Source: a candidate division FCPU426 bacterium (GTDB taxonomy: Bacteria; Oederibacteriota; Muellerivitia; Muellerivitales; Muellerivitaceae). Taken from it: a stretch of DNA of 54,494 nt. Below the pieces are notes generated by a model. It ran no database searches. It was not told the origin of the DNA and saw nothing but the letters and a program-made list of their open reading frames with translations. Each line of letters begins with the position of its first letter. The stretch's first letter is position 1. The stretch covers positions 1 to 54,494 of the forward strand of contig CAWKAR010000016.1 in assembly GCA_963847625.1 (NCBI GenBank). Direction: 5' to 3'. Shown in pieces: positions 1 through 11,303 of the stretch. Made by a program: the position numbers and the translations under genes.

Positions 1-77
1 TCCCCGGTCATGATCAGCAAAAAAACCAAAGCCAATGCCACCAGGGACGATTTAAAAACAATTTTCTTAAATTCCAA
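1..77 (-). CDS. 5' fragment of an exported protein, continues off the window
   Basis: TTG at 75-77 behind an AAGGGGGA SD; reads LEFKKIVFKSSLVALALVFLLIMTG (signal-peptide-like); follows the DUF3299 genes in the operon. Confidence 0.55.
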   Translation of the reverse strand, partial: MEFKKIVFKSSLVALALVFLLIMTG

Positions 78-94
78 TGAATCCCCCTTAAGTC

Positions 95-826
95 TCAAAA
101 CCATGCTTTCCTCGGCCACGCGACTTTGTCGGACGTCATCCGGTAAAGGCACCAACCGGTGCTTCGCTCATCGAACTGTGTCCCCACTTTCAACGTGCCG
201 AAAACCGTGACTGGCACATCCATGATTGCCTCGGCGCTCTTTCCCCTGTCCATATCCACGTAAATCCATTGGTTGAGGTTTGGAATCGCCCCGTAACAGC
301 AGGTGGCCCGGCTTTGCGCCAGGATGAAGGTGCGGGCGTTGTTTTTCTCCACCGTCATGGGGATCATGAAACCCACCACCGATATTTTTTGTCCATCCAA
401 GATTCGAATGTTGGAAGGGACTTTTAAAAGCAGGGCTTCAGCCTTTGAACTAGTGCCCGTCCCTGGGCCATCCAAGGGTGGTTTTCCAGAGGGGAAACCG
501 CTCAGGGTGTCGAAACCCAATTGGAAATAATTCCCGACTTTCGGGTATGGGATTTTCAAACCCGCCAATTCGGCAGGACTTTGAGGTCCTTTAGGGCTCA
601 CAGTGTATGTTTTCCCGGCTTCCTCCTTTTGAGCCTGCTCCCTCCACCATCGGGTCATGGATGGGGTGTAAGACCCCTTCAAGAGGACCAGGAACATCAC
701 CAACCCCGCCACCCCGGTGAGGACAATGATTGCCCAAAAACTCGAGTCCCTCGGGGGAATGGAGGATTGGTACTCGACTTTCACCTTCTTTTTCCCGGGC
801 CAGACGTTGCGGATATAGACTTTCAT
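95..826 (-). CDS. DUF3299-like membrane-anchored protein (paralog 3)
   Basis: N-terminal TM; LDGQKISVVGFMIP...TCCYG..P..NQWI.V...PVTVFGTLKVG motif set. Confidence 0.8.
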   Translation of the reverse strand: MKVYIRNVWPGKKKVKVEYQSSIPPRDSSFWAIIVLTGVAGLVMFLVLLKGSYTPSMTRWWREQAQKEEAGKTYTVSPKGPQSPAELAGLKIPYPKVGNYFQLGFDTLSGFPSGKPPLDGPGTGTSSKAEALLLKVPSNIRILDGQKISVVGFMIPMTVEKNNARTFILAQSRATCCYGAIPNLNQWIYVDMDRGKSAEAIMDVPVTVFGTLKVGTQFDERSTGWCLYRMTSDKVAWPRKAWF

Positions 827-846
827 TCCAGTTCCTTACCTTTCGC

Positions 847-1470
847 TTACCACATGGATTCCTTGGGGACGATGACTTTGTCGGCCACCAGCCGGTAAAG
901 GCTCCAGCCCATATCGGCCTTTTTCCTCTCGCCGACGGATAGCGTTCCAAAAACCGTCACGGGCACGTCCATAATGGCGTCAGCGTCCTTCTCCCCGCCC
1001 ATGCGCACGAACATCCACTCGTTCATCTTGGGGGTGATGCCGTAACAACAGGTCGCCTGGCTCCTGGCCAGGATGAAGGAGGTGGCCTTGTCCCCGGCCT
1101 CGTTCGTGTCGATTGGAATCATGAATCCCACGACCGCGATGTTTACCCTGTCCAATTTCTTTATGAATGCCGGGACAGGGAATTTTTTCTTTTTCAACCT
1201 CAATTTGGGATCAATCTCCTCCTCGATTTCGGGGGCGTCATACTTGAAATGCGCGAGGGTGTCCCAGGTCACCAGAGGGCGGCCTTCCAGTTTGGGATAA
1301 ACGGTGATGGGGGCGGATTTCAGGTCCACCGCTGTGATCGGGTAGATCGTCGGCGCCGAACCGGCCGGTTGGCCCGTGATGGTACTGGTAAAAAACATAA
1401 AACCCACCCCAACTAAAAGCCCTAACCGCAAACTGAAACCCGGCTTTTTATTAAGTGAACTATTTTTCAA
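847..1470 (-). CDS. DUF3299-like exported protein (paralog 2)
   Basis: Signal/TM segment; VTWDTL, VVGFMIP, TCCYG.TPKMNEW, PVTVFGTLSVG. Confidence 0.8.
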   Translation of the reverse strand: MKNSSLNKKPGFSLRLGLLVGVGFMFFTSTITGQPAGSAPTIYPITAVDLKSAPITVYPKLEGRPLVTWDTLAHFKYDAPEIEEEIDPKLRLKKKKFPVPAFIKKLDRVNIAVVGFMIPIDTNEAGDKATSFILARSQATCCYGITPKMNEWMFVRMGGEKDADAIMDVPVTVFGTLSVGERKKADMGWSLYRLVADKVIVPKESMW

Positions 1471-1497
1471 GGTTGCCTCCGTATTCGCGCTTGAATC

Positions 1498-2130
1498 TCA
1501 ATAAAACCAAGGTTTCTCGGAAGGGATTCCGACCTTATCGGATACCATCCGGTAAAGGCACCACCCCTTATTAGCGTGGTCGTATTTCGTGCCCACGCTT
1601 AAAGTCCCGAATACCGTGATTGGGACATCCATCTTCCACTCGGTTGACTTTCCTTTTTCCATCGTGACGTCGATCCATTGGTTCAATTTGGGGGCGATGC
1701 CGTAACAACAGGTCATTTGGCTTTGGGCGAGGATAAAGGACAACACCCGGTACTTTTCCGAAAGCATCGGGATCATGAAGCCCTCCACCACGACCTTTCG
1801 GCCGTCCAAAACCCGGATGAATTCAGGGACTTCCTGTTGCTTTTTCCGGGCCGTCTCTTTCGGCTCAAACGGATCGCTGTTCAAATCATCCCGTTGGGTA
1901 TTCATGTCCTCCGTCGCGTCGGGAGAATCAATCGTGTAGGAACTGAGCAAGTCGAAACCGACCTTTAAATATCCGTCCGACTCGGAAAAACGGGTCCGAG
2001 GCTTAGACCCATCGCTCTTCATTTCCATAACCTCACCAGGAATGGCGAGTAGCAGAAGGATCAGACCCAGCCAAATAAGACTAAAGACGCCAAATGAGAC
2101 TCCGCGAAACCCCGTTTTAATCCCAGGCAT
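1498..2130 (-). CDS. DUF3299-like membrane-anchored protein (paralog 1)
   Basis: TM segment; LDGRKVVVEGFMIP, TCCYGIAPKLNQWI, PITVFGTLSVG. Confidence 0.8.
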   Translation of the reverse strand: MPGIKTGFRGVSFGVFSLIWLGLILLLLAIPGEVMEMKSDGSKPRTRFSESDGYLKVGFDLLSSYTIDSPDATEDMNTQRDDLNSDPFEPKETARKKQQEVPEFIRVLDGRKVVVEGFMIPMLSEKYRVLSFILAQSQMTCCYGIAPKLNQWIDVTMEKGKSTEWKMDVPITVFGTLSVGTKYDHANKGWCLYRMVSDKVGIPSEKPWFY

Positions 2131-2139
2131 TTTTCCGCC

Positions 2140-2628
2140 TTATTTCCCCGAAAGAGCCGGAGGCTTCACACCCTCGTTCCCCTCCGGATAAAGGAACCAC
2201 ACGTTTTTAAAAGCTACGCCCTTCGCCTTGACATAGCCGATGGTTCCCTCAAACTTTTCCACGCCCTTGAGTTTTTTCGATACTCCCTTGTATTCGGAAG
2301 TGTTACCAGCGGTCTCCCCCGTCAAGGCATCGGCTATGGGAAGAAGCTTCACCATGTAAGGCCCGGCTTTTCCCTTCACCTTGATTTTGATCGACGCTTG
2401 GGAAATCCTCACCGGATTTTCCGCCTCCCCGTCCAGGACGAAAGCGTCCAGTTCCCCCGTCGAAGAATCCAAAAGAAGCTCCACATGGGCAAATTCCTCA
2501 CCAAGCTCGACCAGCGTTCCATGGTGGGGCGGATGGTGCTCATGGGCAAAGATCTGGGCGGCTGGTAAAAAAAATAAAAACAGGATCAGAGCCGTAGCCA
2601 AAACGCCGAATGGATTTATTTTTTTCAT
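2140..2628 (-). CDS. exported His-rich putative metal-binding protein
   Basis: Signal peptide followed by AHEHHPPHHGTLVELG..HVE. Confidence 0.7.
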   Translation of the reverse strand: MKKINPFGVLATALILFLFFLPAAQIFAHEHHPPHHGTLVELGEEFAHVELLLDSSTGELDAFVLDGEAENPVRISQASIKIKVKGKAGPYMVKLLPIADALTGETAGNTSEYKGVSKKLKGVEKFEGTIGYVKAKGVAFKNVWFLYPEGNEGVKPPALSGK

Positions 2629-2651
2629 CTCGTTCTCCTTTTGTGTTCGGT

Positions 2652-3926
2652 TTAAGACAAGGGATCTAAATTACGGGCCACGTCGGTGGAATAAGCCCTG
2701 AGGGCTGGGACGAGCCCGGAAATTGCACCCAAGATCGTCATGCCGATGGGAACGGATAACAGGGAGGGATGGAACTGGAACACGTCCAGTACCACGCCCG
2801 TCTGTTGGCGCACCACCATGGCGGTCACGGAAAAAATGGCCAGGTAGATGCCGTACCCGGTGAGAGAGCCCATCCCAGCGATAGCGGTTGCTTCCAGAAC
2901 GATGGCTGAAAACACCGTGGAACGCTTGGCGCCCAGGGACCGCAAAATGGCAAATTCCCGCCGCCGCTCGTTCAGGGTGTTATATAAACTGGAAAGGATG
3001 GAGGCTGCCGCCACCAGCATTACCAGGTAAGCCACCAACGTGAGGATCTTCGTCACCCACCCCATCTTGTCGAAAAGCTCTGCCATTACCTTCCCGATGG
3101 GCCAGGCCAGCGTCGCCACTTTGCCCTGGCGGTTGATGGTCTGGTCCAGCATGAAGCCCGCCTGGGGGCTGTAGAACTTCAACATGACGGCGGATACTTC
3201 CTTGTCGGCATCCGGTATTTCCACCCCCTCCTTGGCCGTGTACTCCTTTCCGGTTCCCCGTAGGACGTGGCCCTTCATGCGGTACACGTCGTCGATGGGA
3301 ATCCAAATGACCCGGTCCGAGGGGGTGTTCGTTGGTTGGAGAACACCCACTACCTGGAACACTTCCTCGTGCTGCATATTTGGGTCGAAGAAAAGGCCGT
3401 GGTAGGGTTTGAAGGTGGAGCCCATCTGGAGGCCCAGTTTCCGCGCCGCGAAACTGCCGATCACGGCCTCCCTTTTCGCCGGGTCAAATACACGCCCTCC
3501 CTGCTGGACCGTAAGGTGCCGACCGTTTTGGTATTCGAATTTCGTGAAGATGTCCCCGGTTGTCCCGACGATGCGGTAACCGAAATAGTTGTCGCCCACC
3601 GCGTAGGGAACGGCCAGTTCCACCCTCGGGTCCTTTTTCACCGCCTCGTAAAGCGACCAGGGGATGTTGCCGGGGGATGTTTCCAATTGGAAAACCGCAT
3701 TCAGGACCAGTTGGAGCTGGCTTCCCCTAGCTCCCAAAACCGCGTCAAAGCCCGCTTGGCCGCCCGTGAATGCACCCCGGGTCTGGTGCTGGATGGAAAA
3801 AACCGCCATGGTCAATCCGGTCGCCAGGGCCACCGATATCACCGTTATCGCCGTTGAAAGGGCATGCTGCTTCATGCTTCGTTTGACCAGGAAAATTAAG
3901 TTTTTTAATTTCTTAAATGGGTTCAT
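2652..3926 (-). CDS. ABC transporter permease, FtsX/MacB family
   Basis: GARGSQLQLVLNAVF periplasmic motif; NERRREFAILRSLGA FtsX motif; 4 TM segments. Confidence 0.9.
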   Translation of the reverse strand: MNPFKKLKNLIFLVKRSMKQHALSTAITVISVALATGLTMAVFSIQHQTRGAFTGGQAGFDAVLGARGSQLQLVLNAVFQLETSPGNIPWSLYEAVKKDPRVELAVPYAVGDNYFGYRIVGTTGDIFTKFEYQNGRHLTVQQGGRVFDPAKREAVIGSFAARKLGLQMGSTFKPYHGLFFDPNMQHEEVFQVVGVLQPTNTPSDRVIWIPIDDVYRMKGHVLRGTGKEYTAKEGVEIPDADKEVSAVMLKFYSPQAGFMLDQTINRQGKVATLAWPIGKVMAELFDKMGWVTKILTLVAYLVMLVAAASILSSLYNTLNERRREFAILRSLGAKRSTVFSAIVLEATAIAGMGSLTGYGIYLAIFSVTAMVVRQQTGVVLDVFQFHPSLLSVPIGMTILGAISGLVPALRAYSTDVARNLDPLS

Positions 3927-4618
3927 ATCCGGGGCCTCCCGTTTCCAACCGAATCCGGGACCGGGTTGATGCGGCTTAAGTTTTCCACTTTCTCGAACTT
4001 CGATAAAATCTCACGGTCGTGGCTAACCAGGAGAAGGGCCGCCCCGTTCTCCTGGCAAATCCTGCGGATAAGTGAAAGGGATTCCATGGCCCTGACATGG
4101 TCCAAGTGGCCCGTGGGTTCATCGGCAAGCACCAATTGGGGATGGTTGGCCAAAGCCCTGGCCACCGCGACCCTCTGCTGTTGTCCCACCGACATTTGCC
4201 TCGGAAGATATTGAAGTCGTTTTCCTAACCCAACCTTTTCCAGCAGGGAACCCGCGTAGGCTGCGTCAGCCCCGCGCCCGAACATCATGCCCAATTCCAC
4301 GTTCTCCAAGGCCGTATAGCCCTGCAAAAGGTTGAAAGTTTGGAAGATATATCCAAGCGATTGGGCGCGGACCGTATCCCTCGCGCTTTCGGACAGGGTT
4401 TCCATTTCCTGTCCCACTAGCAGAATACTTCCCTCATCGGCTTTTAAGATTCCGGCGATAAGGTTCAGGAACGTCGTTTTTCCGGAACCGCTCTCGCCCG
4501 CCAGGGCCAATTGCTCACCCTGGTCCAGGGAGAAATAATTCACGTTGACGACCAGTTGATCGCCACCCTCCGGCGACGGGTAGGATTTTTTTAATTTTTT
4601 GATTTCAAGAACTTTCAT
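3923..4618 (-). CDS. ABC transporter ATP-binding protein (LolD/MacB-like)
   Basis: Walker A GESGSGKT, signature MSVGQQQR, Walker B LVLADEPTG, H-loop VSHD; 4-bp overlap with the permease. Confidence 0.95.
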   Translation of the reverse strand: MKVLEIKKLKKSYPSPEGGDQLVVNVNYFSLDQGEQLALAGESGSGKTTFLNLIAGILKADEGSILLVGQEMETLSESARDTVRAQSLGYIFQTFNLLQGYTALENVELGMMFGRGADAAYAGSLLEKVGLGKRLQYLPRQMSVGQQQRVAVARALANHPQLVLADEPTGHLDHVRAMESLSLIRRICQENGAALLLVSHDREILSKFEKVENLSRINPVPDSVGNGRPRI

Positions 4619-4808
4619 TTTTCCCTCGTGCCTTTAATCGGTTAATAAAAGAATCATTGGGAATAAACAGGGATATGCCTTGGATCGAACGGGAAAATGG
4701 CCGGGAATATGAGCTTGGGGAAATCCGGAATTTATGTTGATATGCCGAAATAAGCGGAAGTGTTTAAGGTACTAACGCTACCCTATCGGTTGTTTTCCCG
4801 TTTGAAGG

Positions 4809-5099
4809 TTATGAAAGGACGGCAGGAGGGGCACGGCCAAAATGAAACGAGAATTTGGTACTGCGGAACGACGGAAGAAAAACCAAGACAGCGAAAAACA
4901 ACGCGAAAATCGGGACAATCTCGACGGGAGCGGCGGAAAAATCCGAGTTACAGACCGCTTTGTGAAAACTACAGTAAGCGCAATCGCTTTCTTCAGCTTT
5001 TTCATGATGGTGGTGGACATAATTTTCGGCGAGATCCACACCAGCGAAAGCCAGGAAAACAAAAATAGCCGTGAATTTGATCCATTTGCGCGAACGCAT
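4809..5099 (-). CDS. DUF2946-like leader peptide (hydrophobic N-terminus, HHHH, CxxC, C-terminal RAPP)
   Basis: MRSRKWIKF..hydrophobic..HHHHEKAEESDCAYC..hydrophobic..GRAPPAVLS*; AGGGAG SD before the ATG at 5097-5099. Confidence 0.75.
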   Translation of the reverse strand: MRSRKWIKFTAIFVFLAFAGVDLAENYVHHHHEKAEESDCAYCSFHKAVCNSDFSAAPVEIVPIFALFFAVLVFLPSFRSTKFSFHFGRAPPAVLS

Positions 5100-5125
5100 C
5101 AAAACTCCCTATGCGACTGCTGTTT

Positions 5126-5154
5126 ATGATGGCAACCTTGGTAGGGAAAGTCAA
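5126..5154 (-). promoter_or_regulatory. putative sigma70 promoter for the leader/ABC operon
   Basis: TTGACT-17 nt-CATCAT on the minus strand, about 27 nt upstream of the leader ATG. Confidence 0.45.
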
Positions 5155-5611
5155 TCATTGGACGAATAAAAAGGTTAAAGGTGGTTTGGTTAGGGGTTTC
5201 CTCATTTCCCAAAAAAAACATAAGGCCCTAGAAAGCCGTTAGATAAACATATTCGTTAAAAAGTAGCCCAACCCTCGAACACCTGAAGACTCACCAAGCA
5301 CCCTATCCCTTATTTGGGATTAAACTTTGCCACAACCCAAAAATCACGGAAATTTATTAGAAATATAATTAAAATTAAAAATCATTAGGATTTTGAAGAT
5401 AAGTGCAACCCTCCATAGGTTGAGATTCATCAAAAATTCCCTTTGTTTTAATTCCTGGTTTTACTCGTGGCAAAGCCGTGGCAAATTATTTGTCTCCGCC
5501 GGTTGTTTGCCTTCGATATGGTCATTATTACTTTATTAGGTTGACGTTTTTCCCTTTTACCTGTCCACGAAGGGTCCCATCGTGGACAGCTACGTAAACG
5601 CAGAAACAGTT

Positions 5612-6289
5612 TCAATCACAGCCGGACAACACAATGACTACCTTCGGTGGTTTCACTTCCCGCTTCCATTTTTCAATCTTAGCCTCGCCATTTTCCGAAT
5701 ATTCCATTTTTTTGAATTTCAATAGCAGGTTGTGCAGCTGAGCCTTCTTGATCCTTGGGTCGTAGCTAAGTGCCGTGGCATCGGATTCATCAAGGGGGAT
5801 GCTATCCCTGTCTACCAGCGGGTTTTTCATCACAGCAATATCTTCTTCGGTCAGCTCCGGGAAGGCGCAAGTGACCTCACGCCCATCATAAGGATTCGGC
5901 ACGGAAGCGATGCTTGCCACGAGTCGGGAATCGACCTTGATTCTGTCCTTCTTCAAGTGGGCCAGTCCTCCCAAAGCGCCCTTGTCTTGGATGGGAAATA
6001 CGGCCTTAACGAGTTCGAATTCATGGATATCGTAGGGGTGGTTCAGCCAATGTTCTAAGAATTTTCGGGGTTCGAAAGAGGCAGTTTCGGTCACTTCCTG
6101 ATTCCAGAAAACATAACCGGATATCCCAGACCCGTTCTTCATGACCATTTTCACCTTGTAGATATAAACCGGGATCGGGTCCCCAAAGGCCAGGCCGAAG
6201 GAGATGAACATAACCAAGGTCAACCAAATTCCCCTATAATTCTTTTTCAAATCCCGCTCCATTTCAAAGTTAGTCGGCACCCTGTCCAC
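5612..6289 (-). CDS. hypothetical exported protein
   Basis: GGAGGT SD before GTG; signal-like segment IWLTLVMFISFGLAFG; 225-aa ORF. Confidence 0.65.
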   Translation of the reverse strand: MDRVPTNFEMERDLKKNYRGIWLTLVMFISFGLAFGDPIPVYIYKVKMVMKNGSGISGYVFWNQEVTETASFEPRKFLEHWLNHPYDIHEFELVKAVFPIQDKGALGGLAHLKKDRIKVDSRLVASIASVPNPYDGREVTCAFPELTEEDIAVMKNPLVDRDSIPLDESDATALSYDPRIKKAQLHNLLLKFKKMEYSENGEAKIEKWKREVKPPKVVIVLSGCD

Positions 6290-6436
6290 TACACCTCCCC
6301 GCCGTGGACACCTAACCTGGGTTTTATTTGGAATGGGAAGATAACTGGACTTCTCGTTCGCGCGACCTGGCCCGGGTTCACCCGATGCCAGGTCACCGCT
6401 ACACGCTTGAGGACTTTAAAGACCTCTCCTTTGAGA

Positions 6437-8689
<2,253 letters not shown>

Positions 8690-8873
8690 TTAAATCCCGG
8701 TCCAAATCATTAATCATCCGGAATTCGAAAGAACATAAAGGCCGTCCAATCAGGGTCCCCGTCGCGGACAAACAAAAAAGTATATTTACCCAATTTTACC
8801 TTTGTTAATAAAATCTTGGGCCATTACTTAAATTTGGTTTCTTTGATTTTATTTGGGGAAATGAACAAATTTT

Positions 8874-9233
8874 TTAAGCGTGAGCAAGCGCGAAGGCGCC
8901 TCTGTGTTTTTTCCCCTTGGACTTTCGTTGGAGCGAAAGATCATACCCGGCGAAGGAAAGAATTTTTACAAGGGTGGAAAATTCAAGGCGGTGGTTGCCG
9001 GAAAGGGCTTTATAAAGGTTTTGTCGTCCTAAGCCGGTTGCCTTAGCAAGCTTTCCTATCCCTCCCAATAGGTCCACTACAGGTCTGAGGCTTCGGGCAA
9101 GTAAATTAATATCCTGTTCCAGCAAGAGACCTTTCAGGTATTCTTCGCGGAAAGCCTCATCGTTTTTAAGGTTTTCAATTATCATTTCGTCAAGGGTGCT
9201 TCCCTGTGGGCCGTATACTTTTTTCTTTTTCAT
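8874..9233 (-). CDS. putative addiction-module antitoxin, HTH (HigA/HI1420-like)
   Basis: GGIGKLAKATGLGRQNLYKALSGN..LEFSTLVKIL HTH; overlaps the toxin stop by 4 bp. Confidence 0.85.
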   Translation of the reverse strand: MKKKKVYGPQGSTLDEMIIENLKNDEAFREEYLKGLLLEQDINLLARSLRPVVDLLGGIGKLAKATGLGRQNLYKALSGNHRLEFSTLVKILSFAGYDLSLQRKSKGKKHRGAFALAHA

Positions 9234-9580
9234 TTTTCACGCCTCTCCAACTTCCGGCTTTTGTGATCCCGCCAAAAAAATCTTGCGATCGCCATATCCC
9301 TTTCTTGACCGTGCTTTTCCCCTCCGCAAAGGAGGATAACTATTACTGGGCCGTCCTGGCCGAAGTAAACCCGATAGCCTGGTCCTACATCAATCTTAAA
9401 ACCCCAAACCCCTTCGCCGGCATCGTCGCAATGGCCAAGGGTGCCACGTTCAGCCCTTAACAAGCGGTCAATGATCGCTTTTTTTCCTTTAGCATCATTT
9501 AAATCTCTAAACCAGATGCGGAATGGTTCTTTCCCTTCCGCAGTCTGGTAGTTAATGACAACCCTAGGTCTAGCTTCCAT
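9230..9580 (-). CDS. RelE/HigB-like addiction-module toxin (HI1419-like)
   Basis: YQTAEGKEPF.IWF..L.D, IDVGPGYRVYF, ILLCGGEKHGQERD; toxin-first order; start at MEARPR. Confidence 0.85.
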   Translation of the reverse strand: MEARPRVVINYQTAEGKEPFRIWFRDLNDAKGKKAIIDRLLRAERGTLGHCDDAGEGVWGFKIDVGPGYRVYFGQDGPVIVILLCGGEKHGQERDMAIARFFWRDHKSRKLERREK

Positions 9581-9582
9581 AA

Positions 9583-9602
9583 TTGTCTCTCCTACGAGAC
9601 AA
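9583..9602. promoter_or_regulatory. palindromic operator upstream of the TA toxin
   Basis: TTGTCTC-N6-GAGACAA over the SD region, next to TTGACA boxes (minus strand, 9605-9610 and 9614-9619). Confidence 0.55.
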
Positions 9603-9649
9603 ACTGTCAACTTTGTCAACCCCATTTTGATAACAACATAATCGATGAA

Positions 9650-10711
9650 TCAATTTTTTAGAGGCAACCCAATGAGCATTAAAAAGTAAATTATCATCAA
9701 CAATAGACCCATTGGGAAAGCCCATTTGGCCCATTCGCCGCTTTTGATACCGAGTTTGTTGGCTGTAATGATATTTGGCAGATTGCCGGGGATGAGCATA
9801 ATTCCTGAGAGCAAGAGCCCGAACATCACATATTGAACCGTCGCCATGGACATCTGAGGGTTTATCTCAGCTGCCGCCATACTGGCGTTATCCAGAACCG
9901 CCGAGACCATATTGATCCAATAGAGAACGCGGGGCGAAAGATCGGTTAAAAACCGGGTTACCATGGGCGTTAAGCCCGTCCCCAGTAATATTAATCCCAT
10001 CACGAACAAATATATCTTGAAAGCCCTGGCGACAACGCCCCAACCGGTTTCGGAATTATACCGTTCAAGTTTCAAAGGGAGCCCTCCTTTGGTAAAAGGG
10101 TGAAGGCTTGCGACCAAACCCAAAATCGCGATCAGGGGAAGAACCCAATATCCCAAAAGCCTTGTCATAAAAAAGAAATCTGCCTGATTAGGCGCGTCTT
10201 TTAACCGGGCAACCGCAATGGCAGTTAAGGGGCCGCCCAAAGGCGTTAACGCCGAGCCCAAACCGATAGAAAGGCAAGCCAGAATCGCGATTTTAATCTT
10301 AAATTCCCGTTGCAGGCGCAGGACGATCAACACTTCTGCCAGAATGAGCGGGGTGATGATTGAGGTCATGACGCCGGAAATCAGGCCTAATCCGGTCACG
10401 AGAATGAAAAGGAACGGCCGCACGCCGATTTTTTCTGTAATCGTCACGATCCAGTTTTTGAAATGATCCTGGAAATAATAAAAAATAAACCCCGCCGTCA
10501 CCACCGCCAGGGTGATGGGAATTGGTTCGTTTAAGGTTCCAATAACCAAATGCCAAGACCAAAGATGGGATATGCTAACCGCCACCGCACCCATGATAAA
10601 AAGAAAGGTTTCCAGCTCTTCCTCAACCGTTTTGGAGAAAAAGGGCAGCAATAAGACCAACCCCATGACGAATCCGAGACTGCTGATAATCCAAATCCCC
10701 TGATTTATCAT
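9650..10711 (-). CDS. DUF1646-like multi-pass membrane protein (ion-transporter superfamily)
   Basis: VEEELETFLF, IGLGSALTPLGGPL, SAVLDNA, GIMLIPGNLPNII motifs; about 10 TM segments. Confidence 0.8.
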   Translation of the reverse strand: MINQGIWIISSLGFVMGLVLLLPFFSKTVEEELETFLFIMGAVAVSISHLWSWHLVIGTLNEPIPITLAVVTAGFIFYYFQDHFKNWIVTITEKIGVRPFLFILVTGLGLISGVMTSIITPLILAEVLIVLRLQREFKIKIAILACLSIGLGSALTPLGGPLTAIAVARLKDAPNQADFFFMTRLLGYWVLPLIAILGLVASLHPFTKGGLPLKLERYNSETGWGVVARAFKIYLFVMGLILLGTGLTPMVTRFLTDLSPRVLYWINMVSAVLDNASMAAAEINPQMSMATVQYVMFGLLLSGIMLIPGNLPNIITANKLGIKSGEWAKWAFPMGLLLMIIYFLMLIGLPLKN

Positions 10712-11024
10712 TTGATTTCTCTTTGTTGAAAGATCCTTGGTGATCAGATTAAAAAGTCTAAAAATTTGGGTTTTATTATATTTGAATCTTTGTCTAATTT
10801 GGCTATCCCCATTGGACAATTTAGCTCTCATTGATCGCGAAACACATTACTTAAGAGGAGGCCGTAGTGACAAAGGGTAACAACCCTGTTCCATTAAGGC
10901 AGGAGCTCGTCGGTCACCCCGCCGTGTCCTATTCGTGTCCTTCGTTCTCATTTTTTGCCATGGATTGCCCTGATCGACCATGGATGTCCATGGGTTCAAA
11001 AAATAGCCTTTGCCCTCCGGGATG

Positions 11025-11224
11025 ATAAAACCCTTACAGGCAAAGGCCTTTGAAATTGTGGCAGTGACATGAATTTTTTTGAATGGCGGGGTTGACGGGG
11101 TTCGAACCCGCGACCTCCTGCGTGACAGGAAGTCACAAGCCATTCGGCGACCCAGCCAGTAAGTTTTTAAAAATAAACTAGTCCCCAGCACATTTTCAAA
11201 GGCCTTCGCCTGTAAGGGTTTTAT
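11025..11224. repeat. 36-bp inverted repeat flanking the att core
   Basis: ATAAAACCCTTACAGGCAAAGGCCTTTGAAATTGTG at 11025-11060 versus its reverse complement at 11189-11224, 2 mismatches. Confidence 0.9.
11084..11129 (-). repeat. att core: duplicate of the tRNA-Asp 3' half
   Basis: 46-bp direct repeat of 23559-23604 with one mismatch; ends just past the anticodon loop. Confidence 0.95.
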
Positions 11225-11303
11225 GACCCAAGCAAGCGAAGGCCTTTTTTGTGCGCGACGGTCAAGGACACGGTGCGACGGTCAAGACCCGAAATTGACG
11301 GTT

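Noticed and set aside
4715..4745. dif-like TTATGTTGAT half-site
   Set aside because: No matching XerC half-site at the correct spacing
11084..11160. Second tRNA-Asp gene
   Set aside because: Only the 3' half up to the anticodon stem is present; the D-arm and 5' acceptor strand are missing, so it is an att duplicate
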